Shown: piece by piece, positions 28,648-40,715 of the stretch | Position numbering within the stretch: position 1 is the stretch's first letter | Layout of the letters: each line of letters opens with the position of its first letter | DNA from: an uncultured Flavonifractor sp. | GTDB taxonomy: Bacteria; Bacillota; Clostridia; Oscillospirales; Oscillospiraceae | DNA: 64,000 nt | Reading direction: 5' to 3' | Assembly (NCBI GenBank): GCA_944387215.1 | Contig: CALXEB010000001.1 | Location: 5,873 to 69,872, forward strand | The notes under the pieces: generated by a model | The model's database searches: none | What the model was told of the DNA's origin: nothing | What the model saw: the letters and a program-made list of their open reading frames with translations, nothing else | Position numbers and translations under genes: made by a program

Positions 28648-29733
28648 TCACCCTCCGCCGAAGATCCGCTCCAGCAGGCCCGCCGGCGCCCGGTCGTCTA
28701 AGACGCCCGTCCGGCAGGTCAGCGGTACGGCGAGCACGGTCTCACCGTTCAGGGTGAGCCGGGCCGTTCCCAGCTGCGTGCCGGGCGCCACCGGGGCCTG
28801 CACCCCCTCCGCCAGGGAGAGGTCCAGTTCAAGGCGCTCCCCCTCGGCCAGCGGATAGTACAGGTCCGCGCCGGCGGAGGCTTCCGCAAATGGGCACAGG
28901 CTGCCCGCACAGGGCACCAGCCAGCGCCGCCCACCCTCCAGAACGAGCCGGCGGGGATAGGTCTCAAAGCCGTAGTCCAGCAGCCTGGCGTGGTCGGCCC
29001 AGTCGTTGGGATCGCTGAGGGTAACGGCGATCAGAGTCTGTCCGTCCTGCTGGGCGCTGGATACCAGCGTCCGGCCGGCCCGCTCGGTATAGCCGGTCTT
29101 GAGGCCGGTGCACCCGTCGTACCGCCACAGCAGCTTGTTGTGATTGGCCAGGTACCGGCCCGCCGCCGTAGTGGTGCGGGTGGCGGCAATGGCGCTGAGG
29201 TCTTCCCGCGCCAGCACCGCCCGGGCCAGCAGCGCCACATCATAGGCGGTGGACCACTGTCCCTGGTCGTCCAGCCCGCTGGGATCGGTAAAATGGGTGT
29301 CCTCCATGCCGAGGGCCGCCGCTTTTTCGTTCATCCTGGCCGCAAAGGCCTCCTGGGAGCCGCAGCACAGTCCGGCGATGGCCGCCGCCGCGTCGTTTCC
29401 CGAAGACAGGAGCAGGCCGTAGAGCAGTTCCTCCACCGTCAGCTGCTCCCCCGGCTTGAGATACATGGAAGAGCCCTCGATGCCTGTCCACTCCCGGCGG
29501 ATGGTGACCTTCTGAGAGAGGTCCGGGCACAGCTCCGCCGCCACCAGGGCGGTCATCAGCTTGGTGATGCTGGCGATGGGCCGGCGCTCCCGGGCACAGC
29601 AGGCATAGAGCACCCGCCCGCTCTCCCCGTCCATGAGGACAGCCGCGGAGGCGGACGTGCGCACCACGCCGGCGGCGCGCACGGGCAGGGGCAGCAGGAA
29701 CAGTGCCAAAAGCAGGGCGGCGGCGCGTTTCAA
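28648..29733 (-). CDS. dacB: D-Ala-D-Ala carboxypeptidase (DacB-like)
   Basis: Signal peptide, SITK, SGN and KTG motifs; lies between ytfJ and rluB. Confidence 0.85.
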   Translation of the reverse strand: MKRAAALLLALFLLPLPVRAAGVVRTSASAAVLMDGESGRVLYACCARERRPIASITKLMTALVAAELCPDLSQKVTIRREWTGIEGSSMYLKPGEQLTVEELLYGLLLSSGNDAAAAIAGLCCGSQEAFAARMNEKAAALGMEDTHFTDPSGLDDQGQWSTAYDVALLARAVLAREDLSAIAATRTTTAAGRYLANHNKLLWRYDGCTGLKTGYTERAGRTLVSSAQQDGQTLIAVTLSDPNDWADHARLLDYGFETYPRRLVLEGGRRWLVPCAGSLCPFAEASAGADLYYPLAEGERLELDLSLAEGVQAPVAPGTQLGTARLTLNGETVLAVPLTCRTGVLDDRAPAGLLERIFGGG

Positions 29734-29760
29734 GGGACATCACCTCTCAAATGGATGCCC

Positions 29761-30186
29761 TTAGTATGCGCCCGTGTCCTCCGGCTTATCCGCCGCCTTT
29801 TTCTCCTGCTGCTTCTCCACGAAGCCGGTGACTTTGTCGATGACCTCAGGCACCAGCTCCACCACCCGGTCCACCGTGTTGGCCGCCGGCGGCGCCACGG
29901 GCATGAGCTTTACCGTGTCCCCCTTTACGATGAGGAAGGCCACAGGCGACAGGTTCATCCCCGCGCCGCTGCCGCCGCCGAAGGCATTGTCCCCCTCCGG
30001 CTTCTGGTTTTTGCTGGTGAAATCGCTGCCGCCGGAGGCAAAGCCCACCGACAGCTTGGAGATCGGAATGATTGTCACCTCTCCGGCCCGGATGGGCTGG
30101 CCAATGATGGTGTCCACTTTGGCGATCTCCCGGAGCTTTTCCATGGTCGTGGTCATCAGATCACCGATGGGATGCTGCTTTTCCAT
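29761..30186 (-). CDS. ytfJ: GerW/YtfJ sporulation protein
   Basis: IIPISKLSVGFASGG, FGGGSGAG and PVAFLIV. Confidence 0.9.
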   Translation of the reverse strand: MEKQHPIGDLMTTTMEKLREIAKVDTIIGQPIRAGEVTIIPISKLSVGFASGGSDFTSKNQKPEGDNAFGGGSGAGMNLSPVAFLIVKGDTVKLMPVAPPAANTVDRVVELVPEVIDKVTGFVEKQQEKKAADKPEDTGAY

Positions 30187-30188
30187 TG

Positions 30189-30818
30189 TCACACCGCCTC
30201 TTTCGTTTGAATCTCAGCGTTGGTCTTGTCCTTCTTCATGATCGTTCTGAGGATCCGGGGCAGCTTCGGCGCCAGCCAGAAAGCCAGCGCCACCGCCTGG
30301 CCGACGGTCAGGGTGGCCGCCGCGTCCAGATCCACTCTGGTGCGCGTCTCCAGAAAATCCGCCCGGGTGCGGATGCGCCGGTCCTTCACATGGAGATTTT
30401 GCTCCACCAAAGGCCATATCATACCGATGGCCGTGTTGAGGCCGCCATAGGCCATGGCCGCCGCCGCCGGGTCCTCCCCGCCAACGGTCACGTCCAGGTA
30501 GAGCCTGTCCACCCGGATCTTTCGTTTCAGCCGCCCCGCGGCCTCCAGCGCCACAGGCAGAGCCTGCTTGACCAGCGCGATGATCTCCTCCGGGCCCAGC
30601 GGCGGCCCTTCCGCCGCTTTTTTCGGCTTTTTCGGCTTTTTCGGCTTCTTCTCCGGGCGTTTCTTCTCCTTCTGGGGCAAGAGGGTGATCTTTACCGGCC
30701 CGATCTTCAGTTTTAGCTTCACCCCGGCGGAACTGTAAAGCACCTGTGTGCCGAACCGAATCTGTCCCAGAAGCAGCAGGGCCGCCAGAATGAGGGCCGC
30801 GGTGAGCAGGAGCCTCAC
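30189..30818 (-). CDS. DUF2953 (YtfI-like) protein
   Basis: N-terminal TM, Lys-rich stretch and EDPAAAAMAYG; directly upstream of ytfJ. Confidence 0.75.
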   Translation of the reverse strand: MRLLLTAALILAALLLLGQIRFGTQVLYSSAGVKLKLKIGPVKITLLPQKEKKRPEKKPKKPKKPKKAAEGPPLGPEEIIALVKQALPVALEAAGRLKRKIRVDRLYLDVTVGGEDPAAAAMAYGGLNTAIGMIWPLVEQNLHVKDRRIRTRADFLETRTRVDLDAAATLTVGQAVALAFWLAPKLPRILRTIMKKDKTNAEIQTKEAV

Positions 30819-31471
30819 GGCGCCCCGCCTCCCTCCGACTCCGCCAGGTCCCTGGCGGCCTGCTCCAGTTCCTCATCGGTGGGCTGGTCGGCCACCTGTT
30901 CCGCCTGGAGCCTGGACACCGCCGCCTGCATCTCCAACGTGATCTGCCCGTTTTCCGGGCTGCTGTCGGGCAGTTCAGGCAGTTCCTCCAGGCTGGACAG
31001 GCCAAAGGAACGCAGGAAGTTCTGGGTGGTGCGGTACTGGATGGGCCGGCCGGGCACCGCCAGGCGGCCGCACTCCTCGATAAGTTCCCGCTCCAGCAGC
31101 AGACCGACGGTATAGGAGCTGTCCACCCCCCGGATCTGGTCCACGTATGCCCGGGTGGCGGGCTGGTAGTAGGCAATGATTGCCAGCACCTCCAGGGCCG
31201 GCTGGCTCAGCCTGGCAGGCCGGCGGCTCTCGAAGGCGCGTCGGATGGGTTCGGCATATTCCGGGGCCGAACAGAGCTGATAGCTGTTGTCCAGCCGCAG
31301 CAGGCGGATGCCGCGCCGCTCATAGCTGTACTGGTCCGCCAGGCGGCGGCACACCGCGTCCGCCGTATCCCGGTCGATGTCCAGGGCCAGGCACAGCCGC
31401 TCCACCCCCACCGGCTCCCCGGCTGCAAAGAGGATGCCCTCAATGGCGGACTCGATCTCTTTCAGTTCCAT
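30815..31471 (-). CDS. scpB: SMC-ScpAB subunit ScpB
   Basis: IEGILFAAGEP, LEVLAIIAYYQP and PGRPIQYRTT. Confidence 0.95.
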   Translation of the reverse strand: MELKEIESAIEGILFAAGEPVGVERLCLALDIDRDTADAVCRRLADQYSYERRGIRLLRLDNSYQLCSAPEYAEPIRRAFESRRPARLSQPALEVLAIIAYYQPATRAYVDQIRGVDSSYTVGLLLERELIEECGRLAVPGRPIQYRTTQNFLRSFGLSSLEELPELPDSSPENGQITLEMQAAVSRLQAEQVADQPTDEELEQAARDLAESEGGGAP

Positions 31472-32295
31472 TCTGTCTCACCGCCCTCCCCTTCTGTTGT
31501 GCTCACCGGCGCCGGCCCGGCCTCCTCCGGGCCGGTGGCCGTGACGGTACAGTCGGTCTCCGTTCCCGCCAGGCGCAGCCTGCGGGCCTTGCACAGCTCC
31601 AGCACCGCGATAAAGGTGGCCACGATCTCCGACCGGCTGCGGTTGCCCCGGAACAGGGCCCGGAACCGGGTGACCCCGAACCGGGCCAGCCGCTCCAGGA
31701 TCTCGCCGGCCTTGTCCTCCACCGGGTATGGCTCCTTGCCCACGATGCCCTCAAAGGCCGCCATGGGCGGCGGCAGCCGGTGGTCGGCCCGCTCCAGCAC
31801 CGACTGCATGGTCCGCAGCAGGTCAGACGGCTGGTGGACATAGCGGTAGGTGCGGCTGGCCGGCAGCACCTCCGGCGTTTTGGTCAGGTAGTCCCGGCCG
31901 ACGGCGTATCGGTCGGAGAGCGCGGGGATGACCGCCTTGATGCGGGCAAAGCTCTCGTGCCGCTGGTGTTCCTCCAGGGAGGCGATGAGCTGCTCCATCT
32001 CGCTCAAGGCCTCCTCGTCGTGGATAGAGAGGAGCATCCGGGTCTTGATGAACACCAGCTGGGCGGCCATGGCCACAAAGTCGCTGGCCACTTCCAGGTC
32101 CAGTTCCTTGCGCCGGTCCATCCAGGCCAGATACTGGTCCAGGATCAGGGAGATCTGGATGTCTTTGATCTCCATTTTATTTTTGCTCAGCAGGTGGAGG
32201 ATCAGGTCCAGAGGCCCGTTGAAGTCCTCCAGGCCCTCATCCCTGGCCTTGACCACCTTTTCCAGGTGAAAGATCGGCGTCTCGATGTTGCTCAC
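31462..32295 (-). CDS. scpA: SMC-ScpAB subunit ScpA
   Basis: FNGPLDLILHL, IKTRMLL and TFIAVLEL. Confidence 0.95.
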   Translation of the reverse strand: MSNIETPIFHLEKVVKARDEGLEDFNGPLDLILHLLSKNKMEIKDIQISLILDQYLAWMDRRKELDLEVASDFVAMAAQLVFIKTRMLLSIHDEEALSEMEQLIASLEEHQRHESFARIKAVIPALSDRYAVGRDYLTKTPEVLPASRTYRYVHQPSDLLRTMQSVLERADHRLPPPMAAFEGIVGKEPYPVEDKAGEILERLARFGVTRFRALFRGNRSRSEIVATFIAVLELCKARRLRLAGTETDCTVTATGPEEAGPAPVSTTEGEGGETEWN

Positions 32296-32296
32296 C

Positions 32297-33007
32297 TCAA
32301 AACAGGTTCAAAATGGCGGACACATCCTGACACAGCCACAGGGCCCCTTCCGGCATCCCTGTCAGGGCGCACAGCAGGCCCAGCGTCCGGGACATGAGAA
32401 AACTCAGCGGACGGCTGAACGCCCCAAGCAACACCAGGACGATCAGAGCGACGCCCACAAAGCGCTCATAGCGCAGGATCTTGTAATATGCCCGGTCCGG
32501 CAGGAGGGCAAAGAGGATCTTGGACCCGTCCAGGGGCGAAATGGGGATCAGATTGAACAGGCCCATGCCGATCCCCAGCAGGGCCATGTTGGACAAAAAG
32601 CACAGCGCCAGCAGGGAGGCCCGGCCCAGGGGCGCGAAATGCCAGACCAGAGAGGCCAGGGCCGTGGCCAGCAGGGCGGTCAGGAAATTGGCCGCCGGCC
32701 CCGCCAGGGCGGTGAGGGCCATCCCCTGCTTGGGGTGCTTGAAATAGCGCATATCCACCGGCACCGGCTTGGCCCAGCCCACCTTGGCCACCAGCATCAT
32801 CAAAAGGCCGAAGGGGTCCAGGTGCCTGATGGGGTTGAGGGTGAGCCGGCCGGCGTTTTTTGCGGTTGGGTCCCCCAGCCGCCAGGCGATCAGGCCATGG
32901 GAGAGCTCATGAAGGGAGATGCACAGCAGGGACGCCGCGGCCACGATGAGCAGCGTGACCAGCCCCCACCAGTCCATCCTTTCCAAAAAGTCCGTAACAG
33001 AAACCAA
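32297..33007 (-). CDS. Site-2 protease family (M50) membrane metalloprotease
   Basis: HELSH, GDPTA, GWAKPVP and FNLIPISPLDG. Confidence 0.92.
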   Translation of the reverse strand: MVSVTDFLERMDWWGLVTLLIVAAASLLCISLHELSHGLIAWRLGDPTAKNAGRLTLNPIRHLDPFGLLMMLVAKVGWAKPVPVDMRYFKHPKQGMALTALAGPAANFLTALLATALASLVWHFAPLGRASLLALCFLSNMALLGIGMGLFNLIPISPLDGSKILFALLPDRAYYKILRYERFVGVALIVLVLLGAFSRPLSFLMSRTLGLLCALTGMPEGALWLCQDVSAILNLF

Positions 33008-33139
33008 ATGTCAGTCCCTCCAGCGTTTTGCCCGGCGGCCGGCCGCGCGGCCCTCCCCTGCATCGCCTAAATTATAGCAACTCCCGTCAGAAAAAACAAG
33101 GCAGCCCCGGGTCCGCCGGGGACGTGCGGGACAGCCCCC

Positions 33140-33742
33140 TCAAAGCTGTCCGCCCTCGGCATGGGAGAGGATCAGTTCCAGCAGTTCCTGCCTGCCGTCC
33201 CCCTTTTCCGCCGAAAAGGGGATGAGCTTTACAGTTTCGTCCAGCTCCAGGGTCTCGCGGATGAGCGCCAGATTGGGCGCGATGTCGCTCCTGCGCAGCT
33301 TGTCCAGCTTGTTGGCCACTACGGCGAAGGGCCGGCCGCTGCCCTTGAAAAACTCCGCCATGGTGCGGTCGTCCGCCGTAGGCTTGTGCCGGGCGTCCAC
33401 GATCTGCAGCCCAAGGGTCATCAGGCTGCTGTCGGCGAACCACGCCTCCATCAGCCGGCCCCAGCGGGCCTTCTCTGCCTGGGAGACCTTAGCGTAGCCG
33501 TAGCCGGGCAGGTCCACCAGGTAGAAGGCTCCGTCGATGAGAAAGTAGTTGATATGGGTCGTTTTTCCGGGCGCGGCTCCCACCCGGGCAAAGTTTTTCC
33601 GATTGAGCAGGCGGTTGATGACCGAGCTTTTGCCCACGTTGGAGCGGCCTGCAAAGGCCACCTGGGGCAGTCGGTCCCGGGGAAAGTCCCCGCTTTTGGC
33701 GGCGGAGCGCACAAATTCCGCCTTTTGCAGATTGATGGGCAT
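33140..33742 (-). CDS. engB: Ribosome biogenesis GTPase YsxC/EngB
   Basis: GRSNVGKS, PGKT, DLPGYG and NKLD. Confidence 0.95.
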   Translation of the reverse strand: MPINLQKAEFVRSAAKSGDFPRDRLPQVAFAGRSNVGKSSVINRLLNRKNFARVGAAPGKTTHINYFLIDGAFYLVDLPGYGYAKVSQAEKARWGRLMEAWFADSSLMTLGLQIVDARHKPTADDRTMAEFFKGSGRPFAVVANKLDKLRRSDIAPNLALIRETLELDETVKLIPFSAEKGDGRQELLELILSHAEGGQL

Positions 33743-33764
33743 ACGTCCTCCTATCCAGCCGGCC

Positions 33765-36173
<2,409 letters not shown>

Positions 36174-36281
36174 CTGGGCACCTCCCCAAAGGAAGGCAAA
36201 AGCCAGGCGCGGAGAGCGCGGCCGGCCCCTTGGGGGCCGCCGCTCCGCATTCCTGACTTCTGCGCTCCGCATTCAGGCGAT

Positions 36282-37595
36282 TTATGATACGTTCCCCTTG
36301 GGGGCGGGCCCGCCCCGCTCCGCCCGAAGGGCGGCGCTGCCCAGCCGGGGGCGCTGGGTGCGGTTATGGTCATACTCAAGCACCGGGGATGCGTGCTCTG
36401 TAAAGCAGGCCGCCGTGACAGTGACCTTGACGATGGTGGGGTCGGAGGGCACGTCATACATCACCTGGGTCATGACCTCCTCCAGAACGGCCCGCAGCCC
36501 GCGGGCGCCGATGCCGCGGTCGATGGCCTTGTCGGCGGCGGCCTCCAGGGCGCCCGGCTCGAACTGGAGCTCCACCATATCGTATTCCAGGAGCTTCTGG
36601 TACTGCTTTACCAGGGCGTTTTTGGGCTCGGTAAGGATGCGCACCAGCTGATCCTTGTCCAGGGCGGAGAGGGTGGTGATCACCGGCAGACGGCCCACCA
36701 GTTCGGGGATGATGCCGAACTTGAGCAGGTCGTGGGGCTGGACCTCTTTGAAAATGGCGGTATTCTTTTTCTTCCTGCTCTGGATCTCGGCGTCGAAGCC
36801 GATGGTCTTTTTATCCAGGCGCTGCTCGATGATCTTTTCCATCCCGTCGAAGGCGCCGCCGCAGATGAAGAGGATGTTCTTGGTATTGATCTGGATAAAC
36901 TCCTGGTGGGGGTGCTTGCGCCCGCCCTGGGGGGGCACGTTGGCCACGGTGCCCTCCAGGATCTTCAGCAGGGCCTGCTGCACCCCCTCGCCGGACACGT
37001 CCCGGGTGATGGAGGTGTTCTCGCTCTTGCGGGCGATCTTGTCGATCTCGTCCACGTAGATGATGCCCCGCTCAGCCAATTCGATGTCGTAGTCGGCGGC
37101 CTGGACCAGGCGCAGGAGGATGTTCTCCACGTCGTCGCCCACGTAGCCGGCCTCGGTAAGGGTGGTGGCGTCGGCAATGGCGAAGGGCACCTTCAGGATC
37201 CGGGCCAGGGTCTGGGCGAAGAGGGTCTTGCCGCAGCCGGTGGGACCCATGAGCAGGATATTGCTCTTCTGGAGCTCCACATCGTCCCCGCCGCCAAAGT
37301 AAATGCGCTTGTAGTGGTTATACACCGCCACAGAGAGGGCCACCTTGGCGTCCTCCTGGCCGATGATATACTGATCCAGCACGTCCCGGATCTCCCGGGG
37401 CGTGGGGATCACATCGGGGATGTCCGGGCCAACGGACTCCTCGGGATCGTAATTGTCGTCCAGGATGCTCATGCACAGGTGGACGCACTCGTTGCAGATG
37501 TAGGCCCCCGGCCCGGCGATGATGCGGGCCACCTGGTCCTGATGCTTGCCGCAGAAGGAACAGCGGATGCTCTTGCGGTCGTCGTTTTTCGGCAT
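36282..37595 (-). CDS. clpX: ClpX ATPase
   Basis: CSFCGK Zn domain, [18 protein letters not shown] and IGF loop. Confidence 0.97.
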   Translation of the reverse strand: MPKNDDRKSIRCSFCGKHQDQVARIIAGPGAYICNECVHLCMSILDDNYDPEESVGPDIPDVIPTPREIRDVLDQYIIGQEDAKVALSVAVYNHYKRIYFGGGDDVELQKSNILLMGPTGCGKTLFAQTLARILKVPFAIADATTLTEAGYVGDDVENILLRLVQAADYDIELAERGIIYVDEIDKIARKSENTSITRDVSGEGVQQALLKILEGTVANVPPQGGRKHPHQEFIQINTKNILFICGGAFDGMEKIIEQRLDKKTIGFDAEIQSRKKKNTAIFKEVQPHDLLKFGIIPELVGRLPVITTLSALDKDQLVRILTEPKNALVKQYQKLLEYDMVELQFEPGALEAAADKAIDRGIGARGLRAVLEEVMTQVMYDVPSDPTIVKVTVTAACFTEHASPVLEYDHNRTQRPRLGSAALRAERGGPAPKGNVS

Positions 37596-37737
37596 GTTGC
37601 GTACCTCTACTATCGTTACAGTAATTTCGGTCCCGCACGCCGCGGCGGCCCCGCGGGCCGCCGCGGCACAGCGGACAGGTCTGAACGCGTCCCATAGCAA
37701 AGGGGGGAGCAGGATGCACCCCGCTCCCCCGGCGCGT

Positions 37738-38319
37738 TTACCGCGAATAGATCACTTTGTCGATCAGGCCGTACTCCTTCGCCTCTTCCGCGGACATGAA
37801 GTTGTCACGCTCGCAGTCGGCGGTGACCACTTCCAGGGGCTTGCCGGTATTTTCGGAAAGGATCTTGTTCATCCGCTTCTTGATGATCTCCAGCCGCTTG
37901 AGATGGATGGCCATATCGGTGATCTGGCCCTGGGTGCCGGCGGAGGGCTGGTGGATCATGATCTCGGCGTTGGGCAGGGCGATGCGCTTGCCCTTGGCCC
38001 CGGAGGAGAGCAGGAAGGCCCCCATGCTGGCGGCCATGCCCACGCAGATGGTGGATACGTCGCACTTGATATACTGCATGGTGTCATAGATGGCCATGCC
38101 GTCGGTGACGGAGCCGCCGGGGCTGTTGATGTAGAGCTGGATGTCCTTGTCCGGGTCCTGGGCCTCCAGGTAGAGCAGCTGGGCCACCACCAGGCTGGCG
38201 GTGGTGGCGTTGACCTCCTCCCCCAGGAAAACGATACGGTCGTTCAGCAGCCGGGAGAAAATGTCGTAGGAGCGCTCGCCCCGGTTGGTCTGCTCCACTA
38301 CGTAGGGAACTAAGCTCAT
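37738..38319 (-). CDS. clpP: ClpP proteolytic subunit
   Basis: YINSPGG, AASMGA, IHQP and ERDNF. Confidence 0.97.
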   Translation of the reverse strand: MSLVPYVVEQTNRGERSYDIFSRLLNDRIVFLGEEVNATTASLVVAQLLYLEAQDPDKDIQLYINSPGGSVTDGMAIYDTMQYIKCDVSTICVGMAASMGAFLLSSGAKGKRIALPNAEIMIHQPSAGTQGQITDMAIHLKRLEIIKKRMNKILSENTGKPLEVVTADCERDNFMSAEEAKEYGLIDKVIYSR

Positions 38320-38444
38320 GATGCAGGATCTCCTTTGTCTTGATGTCGGGATGGGTACCATCCGGCCATCCTCCCGCAGGGCGCATCTTTCAACGCGCCC
38401 CAGGCAGGCAGTCACACACAACAGTATGCCCGCCCTGCGGGGTC

Positions 38445-39914
38445 TTATTCCTCAGTCTTTTCCGCTTCCTTCTTCTTGGCGGGCGCCCGCTTCTTGGGTT
38501 TGGCCTCGGCCTCGCCGGCGGGCTCCTCGGCCTTCTTGGCGGGGGCCTTGCGGGTACGCTTGGGCTTGGCCTCGCCCTCGGCGGGCTCCTCGGCCTTCTC
38601 CTCGGTCTTCTTCGCCGCCGCCTTCTTCTTGGCGGGGGCCTTTCCGGCCTTGGCGGAATCGTAGATGAGCTGCTCGGCCTTCTTCACGGAGAGCTCCTTG
38701 CGGACGTTCTCGGCCTCCACGGCCTGCTTTACCTTGTCCAGCTCCATGTGGTACTCTTCGGCCAGGCGCTTGTACTCCTCCTCCACCTCTTCGTCAGAGA
38801 TGGCGATCTGCTCAGCGTCCACCACAGCGCCCAGAGCCAGGTCGCGGCGCACCCGCTCCATGGCGGCGGCCTTGGCCTGCTCGTGCATCATGTTCATGTT
38901 CATGCCCATCATGGACAGGTACTGATCGAAGGGGATGCCCTGGGACTGGATGCGCTGGGCCATATCGTTGACCATGTTGTCGGCCTCGAACTCCACCATG
39001 GCGTCGGGGATGTCCACTTCCATGTTGTTCATGACCTGCTCCATGACGGCGGCCTGGAAGGTGCGCTCGGCCTGCTCCTCGCGGCGCTTGGTGAGCTTGT
39101 CAGCCAGGTCCTTCTTGAAGGCGTCCAGCGTATCGAACTCAGACACGTCCTTGGCAAACTCGTCGTCCAGGGTGGGCAGCTGCTTCTCCTTGACCTCGTG
39201 GACCTTCACCTTGAAGAGCGCCGGCTTGCCGGCCAGCTCCCGGGCGTGATAATCCTCCGGGAAGGAGACGTTCACGTCCTTCTCGTCGCCGGCCTTGGCG
39301 CCCACCAGCTGATCCTCAAAGCCGGGGATGAAGGAGTTGGAGCCCAGCTCCAGGCTGTGGTTCTCCCCCTTGCCCCCGTCAAAGGGCTTGCCGTCCATGA
39401 AGCCTTCAAAGTCGATGACCACGGTGTCGCCGTTCCCGGCCGGGCGGTCCACCGTGACCATGCGGGTGGCCCGGTTGATGTAGGGCTTGAGCTCGTCCTC
39501 GATATCCTCGTCGGCGACAGTGACGGCGGGCTTCTCGGCGGTGAGGTCCTTGTACTGGCCCAGCTTCACCTCGGGGCGCACGGTAACGACGGCCTTGAAG
39601 GTCAGGCCCTCTTTGCCCACGCTGACCACTTCCACGGAGGGCCAGGCCACGGCGTCCAGCTTCTCCTGCTCCACAGCCTGGGCGTAGGCCCCGGGATACA
39701 CGTCATTAATGGCGTCTTCATAGAACACGCCGGTGCCATACATGGCCTCGATGATCTTACGGGGCGCGTGGCCCTTGCGGAAGCCGGGGATGGCGATCTT
39801 GCCGCGCTGCTTCAGGTAAACCTTCTGAACTGCGGCCTCGAACTCCTCGGCACCGACCTCGATCACCAGTTCGACGGTGCTCTTTTCTTTCTTTTCGACG
39901 CTCTTGACATTCAT
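38445..39914 (-). CDS. tig: Trigger factor with Lys/Ala/Glu-rich C-terminal extension
   Basis: PGFRKGHAP and FKBP domain ([15 protein letters not shown]). Confidence 0.96.
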   Translation of the reverse strand: MNVKSVEKKEKSTVELVIEVGAEEFEAAVQKVYLKQRGKIAIPGFRKGHAPRKIIEAMYGTGVFYEDAINDVYPGAYAQAVEQEKLDAVAWPSVEVVSVGKEGLTFKAVVTVRPEVKLGQYKDLTAEKPAVTVADEDIEDELKPYINRATRMVTVDRPAGNGDTVVIDFEGFMDGKPFDGGKGENHSLELGSNSFIPGFEDQLVGAKAGDEKDVNVSFPEDYHARELAGKPALFKVKVHEVKEKQLPTLDDEFAKDVSEFDTLDAFKKDLADKLTKRREEQAERTFQAAVMEQVMNNMEVDIPDAMVEFEADNMVNDMAQRIQSQGIPFDQYLSMMGMNMNMMHEQAKAAAMERVRRDLALGAVVDAEQIAISDEEVEEEYKRLAEEYHMELDKVKQAVEAENVRKELSVKKAEQLIYDSAKAGKAPAKKKAAAKKTEEKAEEPAEGEAKPKRTRKAPAKKAEEPAGEAEAKPKKRAPAKKKEAEKTEE

Positions 39915-40030
39915 GTTGCTTACTTCCTCCTTGTCCTCTGCCGCCGCGCGGCGGGGCAGTTTGGACCATCTTTCGCGTTATCCGCTATATAGTATCAGAT
40001 ACGGCGGAAAATTTCCACACTTTTTTTCAA

Positions 40031-40714
40031 TTATTCGCAGATTTTTTGCGGGCGGAAGCCCAGATAGTCGGCGGAGACCAGGCGATACTCCACGCTCCCA
40101 CGCTTCCCCTCCGCCGCCAGCCGGTGGCTGGCGCCGTGAAGGTGGCCGTAGCAGCACAGTTCCACCCCGTAGCGCTCCATCACTTCGATGAGCTCCGGGC
40201 AGGCGTAGCCCTGGTATAAAGGCGGATAGTGGAGAAAGCACAGCTTGGGCCGCTCCCCCGCCGCCTTCAGTGAGGCCTCCAGCCGAATGACCTCCCGGCG
40301 GAACACCTTCTGGTCCCCGGTCTCTTCAAAGAACCATCCCCGGGTGCCGCACAGGGCGTAGGGGCCGTATTCATAGCAGTTGTTGTGGAGGATGCGGAGG
40401 GTGGAAAACCCCTTTTCGGCAAAAAACCGCTCCATTTTGGCCGCCGTAGTCCACCAGTAGTCGTGGTTGCCCTTGAGCAGCAGCTTCCGTCCGCCCGGCA
40501 GGGCGTCCAGAAATGCAAAATCCGGCTCCGCCTCCTCCAGGCTCATGCCCCAGGACAGATCGCCGCAGAGCACCACCGTATCCTCCGGGCCCACCGTCTC
40601 GGCAAAGCCGGCCCTGAGCTTGTCCACGTACCCCTCCCACCGGCCGCCGAACACATCCATGGGCTTGGAGGCGCCCAGGGAGAGATGGGTGTCCCCGATC
40701 GCAAACAGGGCCAT
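40031..40714 (-). CDS. Calcineurin-like metallophosphoesterase
   Basis: GDTHLS, GDLSWG, GNHDYWW, HYPP and GHLH. Confidence 0.9.
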   Translation of the reverse strand: MALFAIGDTHLSLGASKPMDVFGGRWEGYVDKLRAGFAETVGPEDTVVLCGDLSWGMSLEEAEPDFAFLDALPGGRKLLLKGNHDYWWTTAAKMERFFAEKGFSTLRILHNNCYEYGPYALCGTRGWFFEETGDQKVFRREVIRLEASLKAAGERPKLCFLHYPPLYQGYACPELIEVMERYGVELCCYGHLHGASHRLAAEGKRGSVEYRLVSADYLGFRPQKICE

Positions 40715-40715
40715 A

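Noticed and set aside
30615-30670. Short tandem repeat (TTTTTCGGC)n
   Set aside because: Encodes an in-frame KKP linker in the DUF2953 protein; a 9-bp unit would not cause phase variation.
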